64,000 bases of DNA from an uncultured Bifidobacterium sp. (GTDB taxonomy: Bacteria > Actinomycetota > Acidimicrobiia > Acidimicrobiales > Ilumatobacteraceae), in assembly GCA_964614655.1 (NCBI GenBank), contig CAZTPF010000007.1:17819-81818 (forward strand), in the 5' to 3' direction. Numbering within the stretch: position 1 is the stretch's first letter; each line of letters begins with the position of its first letter. Shown one piece after another: positions 1-6,957 of the stretch. A model generated the notes under the pieces. That model did not search any database. It saw only the letters and a program-made list of their open reading frames with translations, and had not been told where the DNA came from. Position numbers and translations under genes: made by a program.

Positions 1-600
1 GTCGTCGATTCCGTTGGCATCGGCGATGGAGCGCCAGCGACCGGCGTCCCCGTAGATGTCGTCGGCGACGGTGTCGAGGTACTGGCCCGACTCGAGTCGG
101 CGGATCTGACCGGGGTTCGGTGTACCCGACGTCGGATTCTGGGGTGGGAGATTGCCCTCGTCCTCGAACTGCTGGAACGACATCGAGACCTCGGCACGCA
201 ACGGTTCGCCGGCCGCCGAGAAATACGTGAAATTGAGATCGAAGCTCGTGATCACCGCTTTGTAGGAGCGCATTTTCCCCCAGTGGAACTGCACCCACGG
301 AGGACGCGTCATGTTGCGATCCTCCTTGGTCCCCTTGATCTTCTTGTCGGTCATCGTGAGTTTGAAGAGTTCGTCGGTGATCTTGGTGACCGGCTTGCCG
401 CTCGCCGACGAGTCGAACATCGCCGTCAAGGAGAACTCGATGGATCCACCGCTGTTGAACTGGAGTTGAGGCGCGTTGGAACCGGGCGTGTCGTTGGCAC
501 TCCAGGAATTGCGCTTGGAGAACTTGAGTTCGTTCGGGTTGAACATGAACTCGATCTTCTTCTTGGTCTCGGTCATGAGATAGGCCTTCTGGATCGCCAT
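1..600 (-). CDS. CIS tube-initiator / baseplate hub protein with LysM-like C-terminal region (Afp7/Pvc7-like), 3' end truncated by window edge
   Basis: Not in ORF track because there is no stop in the window. Manual reverse-complement translation from ATG at 598-600 gives MAIQKAYLMTETKKKIEFMFNPNELKFSKRNSW...TRPPWVQFHWGKMRSYKAVITSFDLNFTYFSAAGEPLRAEVSMSF, then the LysM-like YLDTVADDIYGDAGRWRSIADANGIDD. A GGGAGGAAGG SD-like motif lies about 10 nt upstream. The start is 3 nt after the stop of the upstream ORF. Confidence 0.8.
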   Translation of the reverse strand, partial: MAIQKAYLMTETKKKIEFMFNPNELKFSKRNSWSANDTPGSNAPQLQFNSGGSIEFSLTAMFDSSASGKPVTKITDELFKLTMTDKKIKGTKEDRNMTRPPWVQFHWGKMRSYKAVITSFDLNFTYFSAAGEPLRAEVSMSFQQFEDEGNLPPQNPTSGTPNPGQIRRLESGQYLDTVADDIYGDAGRWRSIADANGIDD

Positions 601-603
601 CGG

Positions 604-3600
604 CTACCACCTTCCTCCCGCGATACCGCGACGTTCGAGTTCGTTGCGCAGCCGCTCGTCGACGATTCGATTGATCCAGTCCATGAGGTCGAGCAGTTGG
701 CTCGTGGTGACTCCGGAAGCAGGACTCTCGCCCGACACCTGGCCGACGATCTGAACCGGACCGGGGGCGACGGGGAGACCAGTCGTCGAGCGTCGGATGG
801 TCGACGAAGACGTGGGCGAAGAGTTCGACGCGCCGTTCCGCCCCAACGTGGCCGCCAGAACCGGTGACACGGTCCGACGGATGGACGGGGTGGGTTCGAA
901 CCCGTTCTCCAGCATGCGCGCCATGTCGTCGGCGCTCATCGAACCATCCGATGCATCGGATGCCGAACCCATCGGCGAGCCAGACGAACGCGACGACCGT
1001 CGCACGACCACGGGAGAGCGCCGTCGTCGAAGGTCGGAGAGGTTCGATGCCCGGTCGACCGCAGTCGACTCGTCTGACTTCGAGACGCTTCGCGCACCTC
1101 CGGCTGGTGAGATAACGACGGGTGCGACGGGCAACACCGCATCGCGTGTTGCGGTGCGCCGAGCAGTGCGAGTCGGGCTGCTGAGCGATCGACGCAGTCG
1201 GCCGCGCGACGCGACCGCCGAGGCCTGGCCCGGATCGAATCGACGAGAGGGGAGAGCGAACCCCGACGCGGTGGAATCAGTTCGTGCAATCGTCGAGGTC
1301 GACCCGATAGGCGAACGTCGGCCGGTCGATCGGGAGACAGGCGAGTCGGCGGTTCCCGTCGGGCCCGATGTCGAGGCCCACGACGAGTCGCTTCCGGCGG
1401 ACGGACGTGAGACGAATGCCGCGGCGATCGAACTTCCCGCCGCCGAGTCGTTCATCGAGCGCGAGACCCGTGCGGCGATCTCCGACGGTGACGGAGGGGC
1501 CGGAATTTCCGATCCACTCTGGGATTCGGGTCGCCGTACTCCCGTCGTCCAGTTCGAATCGGCGACCGAGCGGCGGATCGTCGGACGCGAGGCGATGTCG
1601 GTTGTCGGATCGGTGGACGCGTCAGCGTCTCGCTCGGCGAGGCGTCGACTGAACTCGGCCGCCGCCTCGGGTCCGGCTCCGGTGGCGCGCGGACCGGATC
1701 GACGAGTCGTGGACGTCAGAACGGACGACGAGGCGCTCGAAGCCGACGTGCCCGATGGGGAGGCTGATCCTGTCGAGGTGTTCCGGCGAACGTCGGCGCG
1801 TTGGGAGAACATCCGCGAACTCGTCCAAGAGTCGGCTGCCGAACCTCCGCTCTGTCGGTTGCCGATCGAACGGGCCAACAGGCCGACGAAGGGAGACGGG
1901 CCGCTACCACCCGGCAGAGCCGTGACGGCCGACGGTATTCGAGACTCCGTGGTCCGAGAGCCGGTCGATCGGCGAACGGTGTCGAGAGCGAACTGTCGTC
2001 GGACGGCAACCGAAGACGGGCCGGTGGTGGGTGAGCGTCGTTCCGATGTGGTGCGTGACGATCGAACGTCTCTCGAGCCGTCGGAGACGACCCGTGGCGC
2101 GTCTGTCGTCGAGTCGAGGGTGGAACGAATGGCCTCGACCCGCGAAGAAGTCGTTGCCGTCGAGCTTCGCGGGCGACGATCGGCGGTCGGCGACGACGTC
2201 GGGCGCCGGCCGGTGTCGACTCGCTGTTCGGCGGGCGTGGAGGTCGGGGACGCGGCCAAAGCCGAGAGAACGACGCTGCTGGACGGGGATCGCCGAACCA
2301 GATCGCCGGCCCGGGGCATGGTGCGACGCCGAAGCTCGGAAGGCCGGTCGCTCGACGTCGGTTGCTCGGCCAAACGGGCGACACGTTCGGCGAGACTCGA
2401 TGGCGGCTCGTGGCTCGTCGGTTGGTCGCTGGGGATCTCGTCGGGTTCGGGGAGGCCGACACTTCGTCGCCAACTCGGAGCCGTCCAGGACCTCCCCAGG
2501 TTGGCGGTGTCGGTCGAGGAATCTGGGAGCCGATTGTTCGGCCGTGTCGTCGTTCCGAGGGTGGAAGCCGTCGGCGAGGATGATGTGGTCGGCGTGCCCG
2601 ATGTCGTCCGTGAAGTTGGTCGTGTCGGAGAGGGCGCCGACATCGGTGCCGTGGTCGGGGACGCCGGTGAACTCGAAGTCGACGGTGTCGTCGTCGACGG
2701 TTGTGGCCTTGGGGAGTCCGACGACGGCGTCGAGTCGATCATCGAGCGTCGACGAGACGCCGGGTCGATCAGTGTCGGGGCATCGTCGTTCGACGATGGT
2801 GTCGGAACGAAGGTCGTCCAGTCGGGTGACCGGGAAGTCGACGTCTTCGGTTGCGAGACACTCGACGCTGTCGATGGAGATGGGGATGTCGATGTCGATG
2901 TCGCTGGGGACGGGGATGTCGACATCGACGACGGTGTCGCCTGACGCGTCGTCGGTTCGGGTCGACTCGACGCCCGACGCTGAACGTCGGACGACGAGGA
3001 GGGCCCCGAAGTCGAAGGGGTTCGGTTCGGTGGCGTGCGGGTCGACCTGTTGTCGTCGGACGAGGCGCGTGACGACGACCGAGTGTTGACCGAAGTGCGC
3101 GACGTCGATCCGTTCGTCGAGGTGGTTCCTCGTGCCGAAGATGTACTCGCCGGTCGTGGCGTTGGTTCGGCTGGAGGGCCGTCGCGGTCGGACGACGAGC
3201 CCGATGGAAGGGCCAAAGGACGTGCCCGCGGCGGTCGTGGTGTGGCCGGTCGGACCGGCGCGAGACGAGTGGGAGCGATGTGAGCGTCGTTCTGGTTGGG
3301 TGGACGGCGGGAGGGCTGCAGTCGGCGGGCGATCGACGACGGTGCAGTCGAGTCACCGAGCAGACTCCGGCCGCGAGCGTGCGAGGCCATGGGTAGGCCT
3401 CGCGGTGGGGCCTGGCGGACGACTCGATTTCGTGAACGGGCCCGTCGAATGGCGATGAGGTCGCGGTCTCGCCACGGGTCGAGATCGTCCTGTCGGCCGG
3501 CGACCGCCGGCAGGAGCCACTGCGGGAACTTGACGTCGGCGTGTGACGCCGTGCTCGTCAGATTGCGTCGCACGGTGGCGGGGCGAGCGAGTCCGTTGGC

Positions 3601-3720
3601 CAACATCTGAGAGTTCGACACGACTCGACCGATACGGGGGCGCGTGGCGAGAGCACGTGAGGTGATGATCGGTTGCGAACGCGTGATGCGCCGGAGAGGA
3701 AGAGCACTCACATCAGCCAT
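604..3720 (-). CDS. Large Ser/Thr/Pro/Arg-rich low-complexity protein in the tape-measure (Afp14-like) position of the CIS operon
   Basis: Uninterrupted 1038-codon ORF. It starts 6 nt after the tube-paralog stop and ends 3 nt before the Afp7-like start. The N-terminus (..HADVKFPQWLLPAVAGRQDDLDPWRDRDLIAI..) and C-terminus (..SQLLDLMDWINRIVDERLRNELERRGIAGGRW) look like ordinary protein. The central ~800 codons are TSTSPSPS-type low complexity, and the reading frame there is ambiguous (see findings). Confidence 0.55.
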   Translation of the reverse strand: MADVSALPLRRITRSQPIITSRALATRPRIGRVVSNSQMLANGLARPATVRRNLTSTASHADVKFPQWLLPAVAGRQDDLDPWRDRDLIAIRRARSRNRVVRQAPPRGLPMASHARGRSLLGDSTAPSSIARRLQPSRRPPNQNDAHIAPTRLAPVRPATPRPPRARPLALPSGSSSDRDGPPAEPTPRPASTSSARGTTSTNGSTSRTSVNTRSSSRASSDDNRSTRTPPNRTPSTSGPSSSSDVQRRASSRPEPTTRQATPSSMSTSPSPATSTSTSPSPSTASSVSQPKTSTSRSPDWTTFVPTPSSNDDAPTLIDPASRRRSMIDSTPSSDSPRPQPSTTTPSTSSSPASPTTAPMSAPSPTRPTSRTTSGTPTTSSSPTASTLGTTTRPNNRLPDSSTDTANLGRSWTAPSWRRSVGLPEPDEIPSDQPTSHEPPSSLAERVARLAEQPTSSDRPSELRRRTMPRAGDLVRRSPSSSVVLSALAASPTSTPAEQRVDTGRRPTSSPTADRRPRSSTATTSSRVEAIRSTLDSTTDAPRVVSDGSRDVRSSRTTSERRSPTTGPSSVAVRRQFALDTVRRSTGSRTTESRIPSAVTALPGGSGPSPFVGLLARSIGNRQSGGSAADSWTSSRMFSQRADVRRNTSTGSASPSGTSASSASSSVLTSTTRRSGPRATGAGPEAAAEFSRRLAERDADASTDPTTDIASRPTIRRSVADSNWTTGVRRPESQSGSEIPAPPSPSEIAARVSRSMNDSAAGSSIAAAFVSRPSAGSDSSWASTSGPTGTADSPVSRSTGRRSPIGSTSTIARTDSTASGFALPSRRFDPGQASAVASRGRLRRSLSSPTRTARRTATRDAVLPVAPVVISPAGGARSVSKSDESTAVDRASNLSDLRRRRSPVVVRRSSRSSGSPMGSASDASDGSMSADDMARMLENGFEPTPSIRRTVSPVLAATLGRNGASNSSPTSSSTIRRSTTGLPVAPGPVQIVGQVSGESPASGVTTSQLLDLMDWINRIVDERLRNELERRGIAGGRW

Positions 3721-3726
3721 GGGCGA

Positions 3727-4266
3727 TCACCGCTTGGCCTTCTTCGGGGCCGGCTTCTTCTTGGGTGACGACTTCTTGGCCTTCTTGGCCGGTTTGGCCT
3801 TGTGATCGGTCACGGTGAATCCGTGGTGCGCGATCTCCAGTTCTTCGATCGGGAAATCGTCGTTGGAGATCGAGAAATCCGGACCACTCCACGACACCGG
3901 AAAGGCTTCCTGAAGTGTCCAGGTTCGCAACCTTTGGCCATCGGCGCTGACGAGTGTGATGGCAACGGTCGTGCGCTTCAGTTTGTTGCCGTTCTTCTCG
4001 AAGGCGCCGGCCGACGAACCGTCGATCCAGACGAGAAACCCGTTGTCTTCCGTGATTCCGCGTTTCAGGCGGACGTTGTCGAACGTGAAGCGCCCGGGCA
4101 GTTTGTGGGTGTGGAAGTTCTGTCCGCCCTCCACGACTTCTTCGACTTCGACGGTGACCGACAGCCCTGATGCCTCGCTGAACTGTCCGAGGGGACGTCC
4201 GTCGACCTCGACCATGAAGGTGGCCGAGGTGGGGCTGAAGTCTCGGTAGGCGTCGAACTTGGCCAT
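3727..4266 (-). CDS. Phage/CIS tail tube protein paralog (T4 gp19 / Afp5-like) with Lys/Ala/Pro-rich C-terminal tail
   Basis: 179 aa. FMVEVDGRPLGQFSEASGLSVTVEVEEVVEGGQNFHTHKLPGRFTFDNVRLKRGI...WTLQEAFPVSWSGPDFSISNDDFPIEELEIAHHGF parallels the tube gene at 4944-5378. The C-terminus is HKAKPAKKAKKSSPKKKPAPKKAKR. Confidence 0.87.
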   Translation of the reverse strand: MAKFDAYRDFSPTSATFMVEVDGRPLGQFSEASGLSVTVEVEEVVEGGQNFHTHKLPGRFTFDNVRLKRGITEDNGFLVWIDGSSAGAFEKNGNKLKRTTVAITLVSADGQRLRTWTLQEAFPVSWSGPDFSISNDDFPIEELEIAHHGFTVTDHKAKPAKKAKKSSPKKKPAPKKAKR

Positions 4267-4273
4267 GGCGAAC

Positions 4274-4453
4274 TCAGGCAGTCAGCAATTTCTTGGCCTC
4301 GTCGAGGGCCCGCCGGTTGAGCGCAGCCACCCGCTCCACGAGGTTCACGCGGTCGGCGTGCTGAAGGTCGAGTAGCCGATCGAGATCCCAATGGATGTGA
4401 TAGGCGAGATAGGCGATCTCGTCCCACAGTGCGTCCTCGGGATACAGCTCCAT
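4274..4453 (-). CDS. Small conserved CIS-associated protein (DUF6760-like), 59 aa, absent from ORF track
   Basis: Manual translation: MELYPEDALWDEIAYLAYHIHWDLDRLLDLQHADRVNLVERVAALNRRALDEAKKLLTA. The ATG (4451-4453) overlaps the upstream TGA (4453-4455) as ATGA. The stop is 7 nt before the next tube gene. The YP-x-D-x-LW-x-E-x-A-x-x-AYH-x-HW pattern matches small proteins I recall from actinobacterial CIS loci. Confidence 0.65.
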   Translation of the reverse strand: MELYPEDALWDEIAYLAYHIHWDLDRLLDLQHADRVNLVERVAALNRRALDEAKKLLTA

Positions 4454-4944
4454 CAGTTGTCTCGGTGGACCTCTTCGATCACCGATCCTCCGCGCCGACG
4501 GCCAGTGGCGATTTGAACGTCGTCGTCATCGTCGTCCTCGTCGAACGCTTCCTCGAGCTCGACGATGTCGTCCACCTCGTCGAGCTCGGCGGCCGAGCTT
4601 CCGGCGATCGCCTGGTTCGCCTCGTCGAGGAAAGCCTGGACATCGGCGGGGCTCCCGAAGTTGATCACTCCGTAGAGGTCCTGTAGGAACGCCAGGTCGG
4701 CGGCGAACAGATTCTCGATCTCGCGGGGAGTGACCGCCGACAGAGTTCCGAGTTCGGTCACCACTCGAGCCAGGACGATGATCGTCAAGTACGGATCGTC
4801 CGCACTCTGCACGCGCGGATCCCGCAACGGCTCGATCTCGTCGCGAGCCGTTGCGAGTCGCATGACGCCACGGCGATGCACGGTCCCGTCGGGACCGAGG
4901 TAGCCGCGCGGCAGAGTGAAGGCGAACTCCGTCTTGAGTGCCAT
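4453..4944 (-). CDS. Phage tail assembly protein-like (CIS chaperone position), 163 aa
   Basis: Internal ATG at 4942-4944 of tracked ORF 4453..5295, overlapping the tube stop as ATGA. Sequence is MALKTEFAFTLPRGYLGPDGTVHRRGVMRLATARDEIEPLRDPRVQSADDPYLTIIVLARVV..., followed by an acidic tail DEVDDIVELEEAFDEDDDDDD. It resembles proteins annotated as phage tail assembly protein in actinobacterial CIS clusters. Confidence 0.75.
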   Translation of the reverse strand: MALKTEFAFTLPRGYLGPDGTVHRRGVMRLATARDEIEPLRDPRVQSADDPYLTIIVLARVVTELGTLSAVTPREIENLFAADLAFLQDLYGVINFGSPADVQAFLDEANQAIAGSSAAELDEVDDIVELEEAFDEDDDDDDVQIATGRRRGGSVIEEVHRDN

Positions 4945-5378
4945 CAGGCCTTGAAGAGTCCTTCGTGGGTGATGGTCAGTTCTTCGATCATGACGTCGTC
5001 GGTACCGGCATCGAGGTCGGAGGCACTCCACTTGGAAGGCCAGCCGCTCTCGAAGTTCCAGCGACCGACCTCGGTTCCGGCCGCGTCGTAGATGACGATC
5101 GAGCCGTTGGTGCGCTCGACGGTTCCTTCGAGCACGTTCTTGTGCCAGTCGATGATCGCCGTGTCGGCCGAGAGGCCACGCTTCAGGACGATGTCGTCGT
5201 ACTTGGTGCGACCTGGACGCTTGCGGATGATGATCTTTCCACCCACGGTGTCCTGGTACTCGACCACTTCGGTCGAGTAGCTGAGTCCGGAACATCCGGT
5301 GAAGCGTGCGAGTTCGACGCCCTCCAGCTCCAGAGCGAATTGAGATCCGAGAAATTCGAGATCGTGATCATTGGCCAT
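4944..5378 (-). CDS. Phage/CIS tail tube protein (T4 gp19 / Afp1-like)
   Basis: 144 aa. FALELEGVELARFTGCSGLSYSTEVVEYQDTVGGKIIIRKRPGRTKYDDIVLKRGL...WNFESGWPSKWSASDLDAGTDDVMIEELTITHEGL. Lies directly downstream of the sheath gene (22-nt spacer). Confidence 0.9.
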   Translation of the reverse strand: MANDHDLEFLGSQFALELEGVELARFTGCSGLSYSTEVVEYQDTVGGKIIIRKRPGRTKYDDIVLKRGLSADTAIIDWHKNVLEGTVERTNGSIVIYDAAGTEVGRWNFESGWPSKWSASDLDAGTDDVMIEELTITHEGLFKA

Positions 5379-5400
5379 GATTCATGTTCCTTTCGAGAGA

Positions 5401-6957
5401 TCAGGAGGCCTGACGGAGCTGGCTGATACGGAAGATGACGAATTCGGCGGGCTTCACCGGAGCGATGCCGACTTCGACGATGACTTTGCCCTGATCGATG
5501 GAATCAGGCGGGTTGGTCTCGGCATCGCACTTCACGAAGAAGGCTTGCTCGGCTGTGGCGCCGAACAGGGCACCGTCTCGCCACAGTCCACGGAGGAAGG
5601 CCGAGATGGTTCGCTTGAGTCCTTCCCAGAGCTTCTGGTCGTTCGGCTCGAACACTGCGAACTGCGTGCCCTCCATGATCGCGGTTTCGATCATGTTGAA
5701 CAGGCGGCGAACGTTGATGTACGTCCAGTCGGTGTTCGACGACAGCGTGCGAGCGCCCCAGACACGGATGCCGCGGGTGCCGAAGGGGCGGATGCAGTTG
5801 ATGCCGATCGGGTTGAGCAGAGCCTGCTCACCCTTCGTGATGTCGAGCTCGGTCGACAGCACGCCGCGCACGACTTCGTTGGCCGGTGCCTTCCACACAC
5901 CGCGTGTGTCGTCGACTCGGCTCCAGATGCCGGCCACATGGCCCGACGGCGGTACGAGAATCGTCTCGTCGGCCGGGCTGGTGCTCGCCGGATTGTCGAC
6001 GCGGATCCACGGGTAGTAGAAGGCGGCGAAAGCCGAGTCGTACATGGCGACGTCGGAGCGCCACTCCTTCACCTGCTGGGGTGACATTCCCGGGGGAGCG
6101 TCGAGGACGGCCATGCGGTTGGCCTGACCTTCGCAGTGGGTGATGAGGGCGGTCTGAACGGCCTTCCACATGCCGAGATCGACCGATCCGTCGTCCTTGG
6201 TGGCGGCGGTGATCAGGTCGGGGACCATCACCATCGTGACCTCGTCGGCGATGACGAGACCGTTGATTCCGGTGCGATCGCTCTCGCTGCCGGCGAAGTG
6301 CTTGGTCTTGACTTCCACCGGGACGGCGGGGGCCGGAGTGATCGCAAAGACGCCGGTCTTGAGTCCGGCGAGCGACAAATCGGTGAGGCTCTTCAGGTCG
6401 ACCTTCGTCTCGACCTTCACCTTCTTCGACTGGCCGTTCACGGCCTTCACGACATCGGCGAGCGACACGTCGTCGAAGCGCTCGACCTCTTCGCCACCCT
6501 CGTTCACGACGAGGTTGAACTTCGGTGCTTCTTTCTCCTCGACGGGGGAACCCGGCTCGATGGTGACCGACAGCCCGTCGGCAGCTCCGATCGACTGGAT
6601 CTCGAGCGGTTGTCCGAGCGCACGGTCGACGGCAGGCAGAGCCAGCTGACCAGGCTGATCGGACGGAGCCTGGTGGGCGACTCGCACGATGTAGGCGAGG
6701 CCACCACCGTTGTTGAAGAAGCCGTAAACCGAGTGAGGGAGCATTGCACCGGGCACGAAACCGCCGTAGAGCGACTCGTACTGGGTCCAGCTCGTGACCA
6801 GACGCGGCTTCAAGCCCTGGGGATCACTCGGATCGTCCTTCGGATAATCGGCGGTGAAACCGACGAAGGCCGCAACGGCGGTGAGACCTGCCGACAGTGT
6901 GGCTTGGCCCGAAGGCACTTCTTCGACGTAGACACCTGGAGTCAAGTACGAGGGCAT
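5401..6957 (-). CDS. Contractile tail sheath protein
   Basis: 518 aa. The N-terminus MPSYLTPGVYVEEVPSG and C-terminal ..GINCIRPFGTRGIRVWGARTLS..DWTYINVRRLFNMIE..FEPND..LW are typical of the phage tail sheath family. A GGGAAAGGAAA SD lies upstream. Confidence 0.93.
   Translation of the reverse strand: MPSYLTPGVYVEEVPSGQATLSAGLTAVAAFVGFTADYPKDDPSDPQGLKPRLVTSWTQYESLYGGFVPGAMLPHSVYGFFNNGGGLAYIVRVAHQAPSDQPGQLALPAVDRALGQPLEIQSIGAADGLSVTIEPGSPVEEKEAPKFNLVVNEGGEEVERFDDVSLADVVKAVNGQSKKVKVETKVDLKSLTDLSLAGLKTGVFAITPAPAVPVEVKTKHFAGSESDRTGINGLVIADEVTMVMVPDLITAATKDDGSVDLGMWKAVQTALITHCEGQANRMAVLDAPPGMSPQQVKEWRSDVAMYDSAFAAFYYPWIRVDNPASTSPADETILVPPSGHVAGIWSRVDDTRGVWKAPANEVVRGVLSTELDITKGEQALLNPIGINCIRPFGTRGIRVWGARTLSSNTDWTYINVRRLFNMIETAIMEGTQFAVFEPNDQKLWEGLKRTISAFLRGLWRDGALFGATAEQAFFVKCDAETNPPDSIDQGKVIVEVGIAPVKPAEFVIFRISQLRQAS

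Larger units (their letters stand above)
1..6957 (-). other. Contractile injection system (phage-tail-like) structural gene cluster; left end lies outside the window
   Basis: Seven co-directional genes: sheath, tube, assembly-like, 59-aa ORF, tube paralog, tape-measure-position ORF, Afp7-like LysM protein. They are separated by 3-22 nt spacers or ATGA overlaps. No capsid, terminase, integrase or lysis genes on the visible (right) flank. Confidence 0.85.

Noticed and set aside
283-867. 194-aa plus-strand ORF at the left edge
   Set aside because: It is antisense to the well-supported Afp7-like gene and to the end of the 1038-codon ORF. The translation is Arg/Leu/Gly-rich and shadow-like.
2873-2932. 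Hexamer-periodic GAT/GAC-NNN microrepeat, considered as a tandem-repeat or CRISPR-like element
   Set aside because: It is short and imperfect, lies inside coding sequence, and has no spacer/repeat architecture. It reflects the low-complexity coding composition. No CRISPR array was seen anywhere in the window.
797-2944. 715-aa plus-strand ORF (Asp/Glu/Arg/Gly/Val-rich) across the CIS tape-measure-position gene
   Set aside because: It is antisense to a tightly coupled minus-strand operon and is the exact codon-register antisense of a minus frame. Its Gly/Val/Asp/Arg-rich composition is typical of shadow frames in GAC/GTC-rich high-GC DNA. It has no SD and no genomic context. It is kept only as part of the overlapping-frame finding.
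4945-5295. N-terminal extension of tracked ORF 4453..5295
   Set aside because: The extension overlaps the tube gene (4944-5378) out of frame and reads as Arg/His-rich junk. The internal ATG at 4944 gives an ATGA-coupled 163-aa protein with a recognisable N-terminus.
1-6957. Interpretation of the tail-like genes as a prophage tail module
   Set aside because: No capsid, portal, terminase, integrase, repressor or lysis genes are on the visible flank. The sheath gene abuts core phoH. The DUF6760-like and Afp7-like LysM genes are typical of CIS loci. This cannot be fully excluded until the left flank is seen.
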